A DNA stretch of 57,850 nucleotides, counting the filler, from Asterionella formosa (taxonomy: Eukaryota), in NCBI GenBank assembly GCA_002256025.1. It is 5 parts of 5 records of this genome, joined end to end, with 100 filler letters (N's around TTAATTAATTAA, not from the genome) between each part and the next. Parts side by side here need not be neighbours in the genome. Positions count along the whole stretch, not along the records: positions 34,791 to 46,274 come from NKIB01008443.1; positions 46,375 to 57,850 come from NKIB01008453.1; 3 more parts are not named here. One strand, written 5' to 3'. Of this stretch, positions 37,326 to 49,300 are shown piece by piece. The position numbers and the translations under genes were made by a program. The notes under the pieces were generated by a model, which was not told where the DNA came from, did not search any database, and worked only from the letters and a program-made list of their open reading frames with translations. How positions within the stretch are numbered: position 1 is the stretch's first letter; the number at the start of each line of letters is the position of its first letter.

Positions 37326-37981
37326 GGGGGCTCAGAATGCTTTCCTGGTCATGGAAAACTCCTAATTTTCAGCAGCAGCGATAAGACAGATTACATGCAT
37401 GGAACACTTGATATTTTAAAGTATTAGATATCTATATAATTATTGCTAATTATTTATACTTGTTTTGTTTTTCATCATTGCGTCGTCTATTTCTTATTCT
37501 TACGTACAGGATTCTTGTTTGACACATACGGCACCTACTACCCCCACCTGGCACATAAACTATGGCACAGACACACCAACCAAGGAAGCTCGTCACATTT
37601 CAAAGCATGGTCAGCATTACAAGAAGCGCGGGACCAGAACAATCATTGACGCATTTGTTAGATCGTCTACATGTTTGTAGCATTTAGGCACACACATGAA
37701 CATAACACAGATGATCGAATAGCGAACAGTTCTTTGGTACATGTAATATTATAATATGTATAATGTACCGGAATATGACGTGTATAATGCACGATCTGTA
37801 CAGTAGATACTTGTAGGAGAATATTTGTCTTTTGATAATTGATACATTACCTCGTACTCTACCATCAGTCAACAAATTTATGGTCATACCGGTACCACGT
37901 AATATGTACTCTCTCATGCTGATGGCCAAGAACAAAACGAGAAAGACAGCACCAACCAAAAAAAGGACAAGTCGTTTCATC

Positions 37982-38410
37982 ATGGCTTATCTTCTGCCGC
38001 ATTTACACAATGGCTGGGAAGTCGACCAAGCCATCCTTACAGAGGAAGATCGTGTAGTCGTCATTCGATTCGGAAGAGACAACGACCCTACCTGCATGGT
38101 CCAAGATGAAGTTCTAATGTCCATCGCCGAAAAAGTCAAAAATTTCGGCGTGATTTATCTGGTCGACATTGACGAAGTTCCTGAATTTAACGGCATGTAT
38201 GAGTTATACGATGCTTGTACTACCATGTTTTTCTATCGAAACAAGCACATTATGGTGGATTTGGGCACGGGGAATAACAACAAGATCAACTGGGCCTTGA
38301 CTGATAAGCAAGAGTTCATTGATATTATCGAGATGATTTACAGAGGAGCAAGGAAGGGACGAGGTCTCGTTGTGTCTCCAAAGGACTACTCTACGAAGTA
38401 CCGATACTAA
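37982..38410 (+). CDS. TXNL4A: U5 snRNP thioredoxin-like protein Dim1 (142 aa)
   Basis: MAYLLPHLHNGWEVDQAI...DLGTGNNNKINW...GLVVSPKDYSTKYRY. Confidence 0.98.
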   Translation: MAYLLPHLHNGWEVDQAILTEEDRVVVIRFGRDNDPTCMVQDEVLMSIAEKVKNFGVIYLVDIDEVPEFNGMYELYDACTTMFFYRNKHIMVDLGTGNNNKINWALTDKQEFIDIIEMIYRGARKGRGLVVSPKDYSTKYRY

Positions 38411-38636
38411 AGTGTAAATATTCCTGGTCAGAAGCGAGATGATTGCCTTTGCTACTTCAGGGTTTTCATTTGTAAGTTGCTGTGCAGAAGGAAAGTTGCA
38501 AAATGAATTTACTGACAATTTCGCGTTGCCCCTCGAGTAAATATTCTCCTCTCTTGGTATGAATTAAGTCCAATGTAGCTGAAGTAGTCGTGTATTAAAC
38601 ACCAACAAGATAAATTCTTACTTTAAAATTTTCACT

Positions 38637-41609
38637 TCAGCTTTCAGTTTCGTGCTTATTGGCTTCGGAAGGATGGTCGACCTTTCGAAGGTGAGGACCA
38701 AATATGAGGTTCTTGATTCGGACAGCACCAACGATTCGTTCAGGGAGGGTGGTTTCATCACTGCCTTCGATGAGGAAACCCATATCAACGACTAAAGTCT
38801 TTGCATAGCCGAGACTCAATCGAATAACACCTGTAGCAACTGAACTGGAGCCACAATCAAGGATGACCTCGAGGAAGCGCTCACTTCGTACATACAGCTG
38901 ACGAAGTTTCGAGCCCATAATGGCCGGTGTGCTGCCAACGGCCTTGCGAACAAGAAAATTCCCCTCAACAATCTGAGGAATGAGCTTGAAGGTTTTATGA
39001 CGGAACTCGTCAGAATCGCCAAAGAAAAACTCTTTACAGAGTTTCGACGAAGCCGTGCCATCCTTCCCATCGATGGAGCTCATGTCATCAACGGCGTAGT
39101 AGAAAACACCATGATAATATGGAGGACCAGGGAGCGAAATATTTACAATGAATACGAAGGGAGGTAGATCGCTGTTCAAACCCTTGGCTTTCATGCGTGT
39201 CTCTCGTTCCAAGGCGAGCTGCATTCGCTCTGTTGGGTGAACGGAAAACCCAGAAAAAACAGGAGCATCAACTGCAACCACATCGACAGCAATTAGCTTC
39301 CCGATGCTCGACCCAGCATTGATCTTCAACTTGTCCTTCTTGTATGATTTTCCTCGAACACGGAAAGAGTTAGCATCGGGCTCAGCGCACTTCTCTGGTG
39401 ACAAGGGAGGAGGATTATTAGAAAATTCCCTATTGTTGCATCCCACTTTGGTTCTTGACTCTTTGTGGGCAAAACTAAAGTCGTAGTTGAATGCGTCATC
39501 GTTCATATCGTCATCAGTTGTATCTCCACCAGATCCTGATATATCGAGTGCCTGAAGTGGAGTACCAGACGGGACATCAGAAAAGTCCCTGGAGAACGCG
39601 GGTTGACGAGCGGGTTGCGAATCTAGCGAAACAGACAAAAACCGGTCATGATCCAGGGCATCTCGAATATCAAGTAGTTGCATCAGGGCAGAGATAGCGA
39701 ACGCTTCTCCGTATGTTGGTATCATCTGGTGAGGAATCCATCCTTTTGGGTCCACTTGAACCATTGAAGTAATAAGGCACTCCGGCTGATAATTGTCTGG
39801 TTGCTTCCCCCTGACTCTACGGACTTTCTTCAGCGGCGCGATGGTGTATACTCCATGCATTTCTGCGCGAGTATAACCAGGAATGGGTGGGCAATCTTGA
39901 TGACCGACAGATTCATAGCAAACTACGTAAGTTCCGTCTGTTTCGTATCTCCAGTATCGGAATAAAACAAAGTCACGGGGAGCTGTCCACGACGGGAAGA
40001 GATAAAGGGGACGAAAAATCAAATGGATAACATCCATGTTATCATCAATCATTTTCAGAACTCGGAATGAAGCCCGTTGACCTGAGGCTGGAAAAAATGG
40101 TGGAGGCGAACTAAGTGGTATTCGCGAGAGTGACATAAGGCACATAAAAGCATGCAAAGGAGCTGCACTGAGGACAAGATGTGTTTTCAACGGAGCACAT
40201 GGGTGACCTTGGATGTCAAGTTTCGTAAAACCACCTTGTTCCCGTTCTTCCCTAAATATGCGTAGCCCTTGAGTACCAATACCAAGTAGGGTGGTCCAAC
40301 CATCTTCGATTGGGAGCCAATCTGAATTAGGATCTCCCTTCTTGTCTTCCGACAATTTGAACGACCTTGATTCGTCCTTCGGCGACAAAGTCCCTACGTG
40401 GCCTCGACTCATGTGTATTTCGGTAGGTAGCAATGCTGTGGTAGCGCTTCTACCTCCCATAACAAATAGTTGACCCCATGTTGAGTCCCTTACTGATTCC
40501 GATGCAAGGCATGCATCCAAAGCCGATTTCCATTTTCTGACCTCCTCATAGTCCTCTGACGCCAGGGTAATCTCTCCACGCCTTCGCCGAGATCGTTTGT
40601 ATCCGGCTCCGGCAGCAACCCCAGTTCCTCCGGCAGCTGCACTTGCTCCAAGGAAAACAAGACCTGCCAATAACCCGACACCGGCCGTGAGAATTCCGAC
40701 GGTAATTGCGGCTCCAGTGGCGGCAGCTAATTTGCTGCCTCCGACAACCCGCCTCCTAATCTTCCTTTGGCTTTCCTTCTTAGTGGCTTTATAAAGGCTT
40801 ACCATTAATTGCTTCTCTGACAAACGTTGATCTTCAAGATAGCTATTGCGAGCTGGTGTTTTCCGTCGTTTCTCGTCATCAGGGATTGTTCGAGGAGCGA
40901 GAATTGGCTGTTGATCCTGTTCATGACTTTCAAGGTTTAAAACAGGCACTTTAAGTGACCCATTTGTGGGAGCTGATATTGAACGTTGCTTCGATTTATC
41001 CTCATCGTCGACGTCGCAAATAGTTTCGCAAGGACTCGCGGGCGAAGACTTCCACGAAATCTTTCGGGGGTTTGGTTTTCGCTTTGGCGCCCTCCTTTCC
41101 TCGGAGTCGTCGTCTATGTGAACACAGTTGGTGCCACTAACCCTGTGGTTGTGACATGGCGTATCAACTCCTAGAGATGTAGGCATCTGAATACTGAATT
41201 CGCCAATCGTGCAATCGTCCAGTAACGAATCGACGTCTGATGCCCCTGACTGCAAGTTCCAAGTAATCTTCAGGCAATATAGCACTTGCTTTTTGGTTCC
41301 CTGCTGACGCTCATCAATATACAAGGCGCCGATCTCGCATTCACATGGACCGTTCTTGCTAATAAGGAAGCTATTTTTGGGGTACTCGTCTCCTTTTTGG
41401 TGATAGTATGCCAGTTGGTTATCCAAGAAAGTGAAGTACCGATTGTTCCACCGGAAGCCTCTGTCTGCCAGCTTCAACAAGTTGCCTTCCATGGCATAGT
41501 GTGGACCAGTTTCCGAGGTTGCAGCATCCGCCGAACTATACTGTATTGGATCCAGCGCCATCGATACAACCTTGCTGTCTATTTGAAAAGATTCGTGTTG
41601 CCGTGACAA
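38637..41609 (-). CDS. EDR2-like lipid-binding protein (PH + START + EDR2_C/DUF1336); first ATG at 41561
   Basis: PH (EGNLLKL...WNNRYF), START (PRDFVLFRYWRYETDGTYVVC...VQVDPKGW), EDR2_C (FRVRGKSYKKDKLK...FKLIPQIVEGNFLVRKAVG...LPERIVGAVR). Confidence 0.9.
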   Translation of the reverse strand: MSRQHESFQIDSKVVSMALDPIQYSSADAATSETGPHYAMEGNLLKLADRGFRWNNRYFTFLDNQLAYYHQKGDEYPKNSFLISKNGPCECEIGALYIDERQQGTKKQVLYCLKITWNLQSGASDVDSLLDDCTIGEFSIQMPTSLGVDTPCHNHRVSGTNCVHIDDDSEERRAPKRKPNPRKISWKSSPASPCETICDVDDEDKSKQRSISAPTNGSLKVPVLNLESHEQDQQPILAPRTIPDDEKRRKTPARNSYLEDQRLSEKQLMVSLYKATKKESQRKIRRRVVGGSKLAAATGAAITVGILTAGVGLLAGLVFLGASAAAGGTGVAAGAGYKRSRRRRGEITLASEDYEEVRKWKSALDACLASESVRDSTWGQLFVMGGRSATTALLPTEIHMSRGHVGTLSPKDESRSFKLSEDKKGDPNSDWLPIEDGWTTLLGIGTQGLRIFREEREQGGFTKLDIQGHPCAPLKTHLVLSAAPLHAFMCLMSLSRIPLSSPPPFFPASGQRASFRVLKMIDDNMDVIHLIFRPLYLFPSWTAPRDFVLFRYWRYETDGTYVVCYESVGHQDCPPIPGYTRAEMHGVYTIAPLKKVRRVRGKQPDNYQPECLITSMVQVDPKGWIPHQMIPTYGEAFAISALMQLLDIRDALDHDRFLSVSLDSQPARQPAFSRDFSDVPSGTPLQALDISGSGGDTTDDDMNDDAFNYDFSFAHKESRTKVGCNNREFSNNPPPLSPEKCAEPDANSFRVRGKSYKKDKLKINAGSSIGKLIAVDVVAVDAPVFSGFSVHPTERMQLALERETRMKAKGLNSDLPPFVFIVNISLPGPPYYHGVFYYAVDDMSSIDGKDGTASSKLCKEFFFGDSDEFRHKTFKLIPQIVEGNFLVRKAVGSTPAIMGSKLRQLYVRSERFLEVILDCGSSSVATGVIRLSLGYAKTLVVDMGFLIEGSDETTLPERIVGAVRIKNLIFGPHLRKVDHPSEANKHETES

Positions 41610-41913
41610 GGAATCTCAGTGGTCGAGTCGCAACTACGAGAAATATTGTCGCTCCTGCTGCTCAATTCCAATAAAACAATTTCTTCTGTCCTGTTGTTTC
41701 TCGGCTCAAAGGTTCTAGAATGATCAACTACTTTAAGGAATCCTGATGCTGGATTAAACCTAACGAGAGCAGCGGCAAAGAATGAAGGTTTCCAAGCAAC
41801 CACTCTTCGCGCACCAGTGCAAATCTGTCTGCAATTGGTTTCTGCAAAGAAACGTCGTCATTGTTCGTCCTTTCTATGTCATCTGTACGACGACAAGGTG
41901 CGCAACATAGTTA

Positions 41914-42097
41914 CGGTACCTGGTACCGGTACCTGGTAATGGCATATCATGCACTCCGGAGTACATAGTAAAAGGTACCAGGTACCAGGTAGCTCGTTCG
42001 AATGTCTCACTAGGTACCTGGTACCAGGTGCCACACTGCTGGTACCATGGTACCAGGGGTAGACTACCAGGTACCTGGTACCAGGTACCGCCAGGGT
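41914..42097. promoter_or_regulatory. Dense palindromic GGTACC/CCWGG cluster upstream of the EDR2-like gene (strongest example of a window-wide motif)
   Basis: About a dozen overlapping GGTACC units such as GGTACCTGGTACCAGGTACC; function inferred from position only. Confidence 0.45.
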
Positions 42098-42722
42098 AAT
42101 GTGCTTTCATAGTCGCTGGTTGATGATGAGAATAATTACCGTTACTTTTAGAATTTCTACTTACCGGTGTATACATTATATCTCCCTGGTACTATTCATT
42201 CATGATGTACCGGTATGGATATTTTATGATACCGTATGCATGAATGGATGTGTGATGATGCGTGCGTGCATGCATGCATGCAGAACCCAGTGCGTCAGGA
42301 CACATTCTCATGTGCTGGCTGACTCCTATTATCATTTGCTTACCCTTAGGCGTGATTGTGTCGGCCATGATCCAAATTTAATATCATGCATGATTGTTCG
42401 CACCATGACAATAATGGGCGCGCTCTGATAAAAAAAAATTATCATATCATGTGAATTATAACACAAATCGTTGTACTCATAACCCCAAAATTTGGTCAAC
42501 ACAAACACAAACTTTTTACAGTTATAAATAACAGTGCCTTATATAAAAAGATGTTTAGACATGAATGACTATATAGAATTTCCCGGAATATTTCAAGACT
42601 TGCTTGCTCGTACTCAAAATGGCTTGCTCTTGCCAAAATAGGTATGCATATACATATGCATATCGTTACATATCAATCAACCTCCTCAATAAATCGATTG
42701 TCATCGCTTTTAGATTTCGGCC

Positions 42723-43256
42723 ATGACTTCATCTTCTTCTGGTCAAAGGAGAGCAGCCAGGGAGGGCTTCCCTTCCTCTCCAAGGCTGCTTGAACATCGC
42801 CGTCACCAGCAACAAGAACAACAAGAACAGACTCAACCAGAAGAAGAGGAGGACGACGACGACGAGAATGAAGATGACATTGGTGCTGATGAGTTTGCCA
42901 GTGACAATGAGGACAGTAGGACGGGTGTCCCAGGTATTTCTCAGATTGGTGTTTCTGGGGTTACTCAGTCCCCATCAAGGAACAACAACGATTTTTCACG
43001 TGCTCCTACTAGTTCAGTTTCAAGAACACCAACTGCCAGGCAAGCACCAACGTTTCCAAGAGCTCGCCGAAGCATGCAGATTCGGGGTCAACAGTTCAGG
43101 ATCAATGAGATTCTCTCATTGCTGGAAACCATTTCTACTCACCTGCCAATTGGGTCCCATGAATGGGAAGTTGTTGCATCACAGCACAACGAGAATTTCC
43201 CAGACAAAGAACGGACAGGACCTTCACTTCGCCGAAAGTTTAAAAACAAGGTTTGA
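42723..43256 (+). pseudogene. Truncated Harbinger Myb/SANT-like accessory ORF
   Basis: EILSLLETISTHLPIGSHEWEVVASQHNENFPDKERTGPSLRRKF trihelix-like signature; inside TIRs. Confidence 0.7.
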
Positions 43257-43318
43257 ACAGCTGGTGTAGGAGCTCGAAAGAAGCATGGTCAAACCCACAC
43301 AAGGTAATCAGAGAATCA

Positions 43319-43534
43319 TCAATCGTGCTTGCTGTTTAACAAAGTCCAGAATGGACTCGATAATGGATGCTGTAGTGCGTGGCGACGGATTTTGCCACTT
43401 CTTCTTCTGACCTCATCAACAGTCAAACTTTCCCTGAACGATGGCATCCTATTTCCTGGTGGATAGCACATTGCTAACAGTAGCAATGTGATCATAATGT
43501 CATCATCATCAGGAGATGAGATGAAAGTCGACAT
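43319..43534 (-). pseudogene. N-terminal fragment of a Harbinger-type transposase
   Basis: RRRSGKIRRHALQHPLSSPFWTLLNSKHD resembles the start of diatom/oomycete Harbinger transposases (from memory); inside TIRs. Confidence 0.55.
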
Positions 43535-44870
43535 GGTCAGTGACCAACAATGATGAATATATAGAACTCATGCATATAATGAACAAGAGGCGGCATAGCA
43601 TACAAGAGGATGATGCATCGATATGAAAATTTAACTGTTGAAAATTAAAGTTAAAAATATATATAATGTCAGAGAAGTAATCTAAAATATCTCTATTATC
43701 AGAGCGCAAGGACGATATTATGTAGCAGATCACCAGAATAATTTGTGTTATAATACACACATGATATAATAATTTTTTATTATCAGAGGAGCGCGCCCAA
43801 TATGGTGCTGTCCAATACATACTTAGATGCATCCTTTTATACGAAGACCGATTTAAAAAAATACCTTATTTTCGTCTTTTCAGATCTTTTAAACTTACCC
43901 GAAGAAGCAGCAAGCCTCGAGGAAAGTACAGAGTTGTCTGTACTGCCAATGCTACTGGATTCCCACAGAGAACAAATCGAAACTAGCTAGTAATCAACTT
44001 GGAAAGAACCATGCTCATTGTTTTCATGACTCTCATGATGGTCATGGTCATTCCTTGGATTCTAGTACACCTTTGATTTAAATTGATTTGTTGCTTTCTT
44101 CTGCTGGTTTTTGCAGCATCATTGATCATTTGTGCCTTTATTTATACCAGAATCAACATTTTCATTTTACTTCTTTTTCTTGGGGAGTGGATCTGTTTAT
44201 CAGGAAAATACTAATTGCCTCTTCGTTTTATTTTCATCATTTCCGAGTCTGTTATGAAGTCGACCTTCCCCAAATGAATTGGCTTTGATTAAAATTTAGT
44301 TCAGAATGTGCGGCTCGCGCAGTTCCTACTGGATTGTGCTTCATTGTGTGGCGTCCTTTTGTCTACTATCCGACATTCCAGGAAAAAATTCCATTACGCT
44401 TCACATTTGTACGACTTTATAAAATGTTCATTTCTTCACTGTATGAAATTTCCTAGTAGAATACAAAGATATGTGTACTAATGGAGTTACTAAATTGCTC
44501 TGCTGGGGTAGAAATCATCCTACTAAGTGATCACCGCAAGATGGTGAAAATGGGGGGGGGGGGAGGGGGATCGGTGTAACTCCTATACAGGGCTTGTGCA
44601 CAATCAGCTCATGTATGAGCATAGCACTAAGTAACGAGAAATGAAGAAGCTGACCTTTATCTGGTTCGAGCGAGACCGGACCTTGATGCTGTTTGCCACA
44701 CCAACGCTAAGAAAACCAAAGTGCTGCGCCGAATTTGTGACCGTAGCCTAGTAGTTATTGTGAAAACAATGCGAAAAAATTCAATTCGTATTATGAAGGA
44801 TGAGCTGACGAGGATGAGGATGCTGCTAGTAGCAGATTGGGGTGATGGCAGAGTGATTTATGTGTTCTCT

Positions 44871-44900
44871 GGCTGGCTGGCTGGCTGGCTGGCTAGCTGG
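44871..44900 (+). repeat. (GGCT)n microsatellite
   Basis: GGCTGGCTGGCTGGCTGGCTGGCTAGCTGG. Confidence 0.85.
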
Positions 44901-45655
44901 TACGACTACTAGGATCACTTGAAAACTACACATATCTTTCCCGACAGGGTATTATGATTTCAATGCCCAAACTTAAAATTAGAAATTATTTTCCTTGATG
45001 CTGCATTGAAGTCCTTTCACCGCTTCAGCATTTGCAATTTTTCACCATTTCCTTAAAATCAGTTTATTAGAGTCTGCTCCTCAGCAGTTCAACAGCTTTT
45101 TAAAATATTCAGCGCTTCAGCAGATATATCAAGAGATATTTCAATGCATCACATTTATATCAATGAAGTCCAATGTTTCATCCAATATGCAGGCCCTGTG
45201 CCTTTTGCAATGATTGGATGTTCTTAGTAATGTCATAGTATGCGTATTTTGTCCACTGTATACTATGACTAGGCTAGGCTTGTCTTATGCATAGTTGCAC
45301 TCAGCAATGCATTCTCATAGCTACATATGGAAAGAAATGCATGATGATGGTCTAGACCAACTACCAATACTGATAGGGATAGTTGTTCATATGTAAAGCA
45401 TGAACAAGACATGTGTCAAGAACAACGAAGTTAATGCCAACAAAGGTAATGCCAGCAAATTTTATCCAGTCCTACAGCAATATCATAGATGTGGTAAAAC
45501 AATGGATCCGGGTACCAGGTACCACAGGAATTTCTCGGCAATATAATATATACCGGTATACGCATATAAAAACTTCTGTACAAGTCTACATGCAGGCACA
45601 CAGATCCTATGTCCTTTTGATTCTTTTCCTCGTCCGCAAAGTCAAAAACAACAAT

Positions 45656-46274
45656 ATGGTGAGCAGAACTGCTCTGGAGGAGGTCTCCAGGGAAGGCGAG
45701 TTCAAGCGCAAAGATGCAGTGTGGCGAAACTGGATCAGCCGCGAGGATGGCGCGAAGTTTGGACCAGACAAGGATCGCTATCACTTGTAAGTCACCTTCC
45801 ATTGATTCCAGTTGTTTAGGAGCTTCGTGTGAAATTCAACCTACGTTCCATGCATAATCTCCACTCCTGATATGCTCAATATGTGTGGCTCTCACAGGTT
45901 TGTAGCGTATGCCTGTCCATGGGCTCATAGAACACTCATGACGCGAGCCCTGAAGGGCCTCGAAGATACCATTTCTGTCACTGTTGTTCATCCCACTTGG
46001 CGAAAGACGAAGCCTGACGATGTAGCCGACAAGCACACGGGCTGGGTCTTCGGAAATCCTATTGGTGAGCCATTTGTCAACACTATAGGACTGGGAGGTC
46101 CGTTTCCTCCTTCCTACTCTGGAAATGACCCCGACCCAGTGTTTAAATCCTTTAGTGTTCGAGACTTGTATGAAAAGGTCGGGGACACGGGTGGGAAGTA
46201 TACCGTCCCCATCTTGTGGGACAAAAAACTGAGCACTATCGTGAGTAACGAGTCGTCAGAGATTATCAAAATGC
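45656..46274 (+). CDS. Glutathionyl-hydroquinone reductase (Xi/omega GST, YqjG/Ecm4-like), 3' truncated; join(45656..45786,45898..46274)
   Basis: GEFKR, RYHL-FVAYACPWAHR, YTVPILWDKK, IVSNESSEII; phase-2 intron 45787..45897. Confidence 0.93.
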
Positions 46275-46374
46275 NNNNNNNNNNNNNNNNNNNNNNNNNN
46301 NNNNNNNNNNNNNNNNNNTTAATTAATTAANNNNNNNNNNNNNNNNNNNNNNNNNNNNNNNNNNNNNNNNNNNN
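46275..46374. other. Artificial scaffold linker 4
   Basis: N44-TTAATTAATTAA-N44. Confidence 0.97.
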
Positions 46375-49300
46375 GAGATAGGATCTTGGGCATCACCAAC
46401 ATTCCAAAGACCAGCAAAATCCGCGTCGACAAAGCAATGAATGGATTGGGTAGCATCCGGGGTGTAGATTATTCCGGTGGTGGAAGTGCCAGCAAGATAG
46501 CGAGCAACACGTTTGACAGCCTGTTCATGGTATAATTTGGGTTCAATGCAGAAGCGAGCACACTGATGAACAGCAAAAGAGATATCCGGGCGAGTGCTGG
46601 CAGTAATATAGTTGAGGATACCGATGGCTGACCGATAATGCCAAAGTTGTTTGCGGGGAGGACCATCGACATCGGAGTGAAGGAGGCCTTTGTGAATGAC
46701 AGGGGTGACATGGGTTTTGGAACCAGGCCGGATACCAAGGAGATCAAGGACACGCTGGATTAAGGCTGGTTGAGTCAGATGGATGGTGCCATTGGAATGT
46801 TTTGATATACGAATGCCAAGATAGTCAGCCACATCACCTTCATCAGTAAGAACAAAGTCAATTTGGAGGGAGAGGATGAGAGATGTGACAGAGGCAGCAG
46901 AGCGAGAGAAAAGAAGGCAGTCGTCAACGAAAACCAAAAAAATGAAATCGGATTTAATAAAACAACAACAATCAACAGAGGACTGATGAAAGCCACAATC
47001 GGTGAGGCCAGCGCGAAGTTTCTCAAACCATGTCATGCTGGCCTGTTTAAGACCATAGAGATTCTTCTTGAGTAAGAGAACAGAGGGAATAGGGCCGTCA
47101 TCAAATCCTTGGGGAAGGTTCATGTAAATGATAACGTCAAGGTCGGCTTGGGGAAAAGCTAAGACGAAATCAACTTGGCGAGTGTGAAGGTTTTCAAGGC
47201 AAGCGATGATCAGCAAAAGACGGACAGTAGCCCATTGAACAACAGGGGAATATGTATCCCAATAATTTAAGTCAAAGACTTGGCGATGGCCACCAGCACA
47301 AAGACGAGCTTTGTGTTTCACAAGAGAACCGTCAGGGCGAATTTTCCTCTTCATGGACCAAACCGCAGGGATGGGGGTGTGATGGGAAGGCATAGAGGAA
47401 CGCGGAACTTTGAGCCAGTGACCACGAGATTCGTGATCACGAATTTCAAGATCAGCAGCACGGAGGAAATCAAGAGCATCAGGTTCAGCGAGGGCTTGTG
47501 TAAAAGTGAGCGAGTCGGAGTTGGGTGTAGCAACAAGAAAAGAGAGAGGATGAATGAAGTTAATTGTGTTGTCCAGATTGGCAGAAAGACGGTCGACAGA
47601 AGTAAGTGCAAGAGCAGCGCAACTCAGAGGGAAAGAGAGGAAAGCAGCAAGACCAAACTGGTGATTAGACAAAAGGTGGTCGCGTTGGCGAATGGAAGGT
47701 TTGCGGACACGACCATATCGAGAAACAGTGGAAACATGAGAAGGAAGCAGAGCCAGCGGAGGATGAGCGAGTGGAGCGGGCGCAGGCGAAAAAGGGGGAG
47801 CTCCCTCGGAAGGAGGAGGGGTATCGGCAGGAGGAGGGGTATCGACAGGAGGAGGAGGAAACAGAGCTCCCTCGGGGAGGACAAGATTAATAGCTCTCTC
47901 GGAAAGAGAGGGAGAAAGGGCAGGAGGCGGAGGAGTGGTGTCAGGTAGGACATCGAGAAAGACAGGCGGAGTTGCAGAAATCGAGGGTGTAGCATTGGGT
48001 TTAGTGAGATACAGCCGAGGGCCAATATCAACAATGGGTTGCCAAGCAATGCGTTGTGTAGAATCGAAAAGGGTAGAGTGGTCGCTGAGGGTAGGATCAA
48101 GAAATTCGTCGGGTTGGAGAAGGCGGACATGACGTCGTGCATACAGATCAGCCCAGTGAATAGGGATTTCTTGGCATGCGAGAGATTCAACAAGGGAAAA
48201 ATCGTCATCGAAAACCACATGGAAGGGGGTGGTGACGTGGCCTGTAGCTAAATTGAGAACCAGGGGGACGCAGGAAGCATGGTATTTGGAACTACCAAGG
48301 TAGACACCCACCCAACAGCGTTGTTCCCAACGAGGGATGCTATCGCCAGAGGAGTGCAGCCGATCGTCAAGAACAACAACAGGACAACCAAATGGGTGAT
48401 AGTGGGAAAAAGAAGGCAGCACGTCAGAACAGGAGAGACGCTGCAGGTAGCATGGACCATCAGAGCGAGGCTGTAAATTGCATAGATCGTTTGATAAACA
48501 CATAGCAAAAGGCCATAATGCCGACGTCACAGCTTCAGGCCAAAGGAGAGTGGCATGCAGCAGCATAGACCGAGCATTTTGGCACAGAATACCAATACGG
48601 TTTTCAGCCAAAGAATTTTGGTGATGACCACCAACACCACAGTAAGTAATGGATTGGTTAGAAGCATCAATGATGGCTTTGAAGGCATTGTCAGCAAAAA
48701 TTCCATTGTCAGCACGGTAAGTGACAATAGCACGACCATATTTAACCATTTCGCGCTCGAAAGCAAGTTTGCCGGCAAGGGTTTTTTCGGCATTGAGACT
48801 GGTCTGGAGATGCACATAGCTGACCATGCTCTCGGTATCAACAAACACAGCGCCACCACGAAAGGATTTCAGAGTGAGAATGCCTTTGGAATGACCAACG
48901 AGGCCAAGTTCAGAGCAAGAGAAGTGGTCGATGGAGGCAGAGCCAGGGCGAAGAGGGCCATCCGGCAAGAGAAAGGGCATGGACATGAGGCTGTCGATGA
49001 CAGAGCCAGGAGGCTTCTTGGTCCGCCAGGGTTTACGCTTCATTTTGCCATAGAGACAGGCAGCACATTTAGGGAGTGGGCAAGTAGAGGCATCACANNN
49101 NNNNNNNNNNNNNNNNNNNNNNNNNNNNNNNNNNNNNNNNNNNNNNNNNNNNNNNNNNNNNNNNNNNNNNNNNNNNNNNNNNNNNNNNNNNNNNNNNNNN
49201 NNNNNNNNNNNNNNNNNNNNNNNNNNNNNNNNNNNNNNNNNNNNNNNNNNNNNNNNNNNNNNNNNNNNNNNNNNNNNNNNNNNNNNNNNNNNNNNNNNNN

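Larger units (their letters stand above)
42416..43798. mobile_element. Internally deleted PIF/Harbinger transposon (1383 bp)
   Basis: ~55-bp TIRs starting GGGCGCGCTC; exact 3-bp TSD AAT on both sides; contains convergent 5' halves of a Myb-like ORF and a transposase-like ORF. Confidence 0.88.

Noticed and set aside
37832..37981. 50-aa N-terminal extension of Dim1
   Set aside because: Starts at TTG; the conserved protein begins at ATG 37982
47280..47948. Antisense ORFs within the retrotransposon (also 50901..51362)
   Set aside because: Explained by T-poor purine-rich plus-strand composition; no motifs
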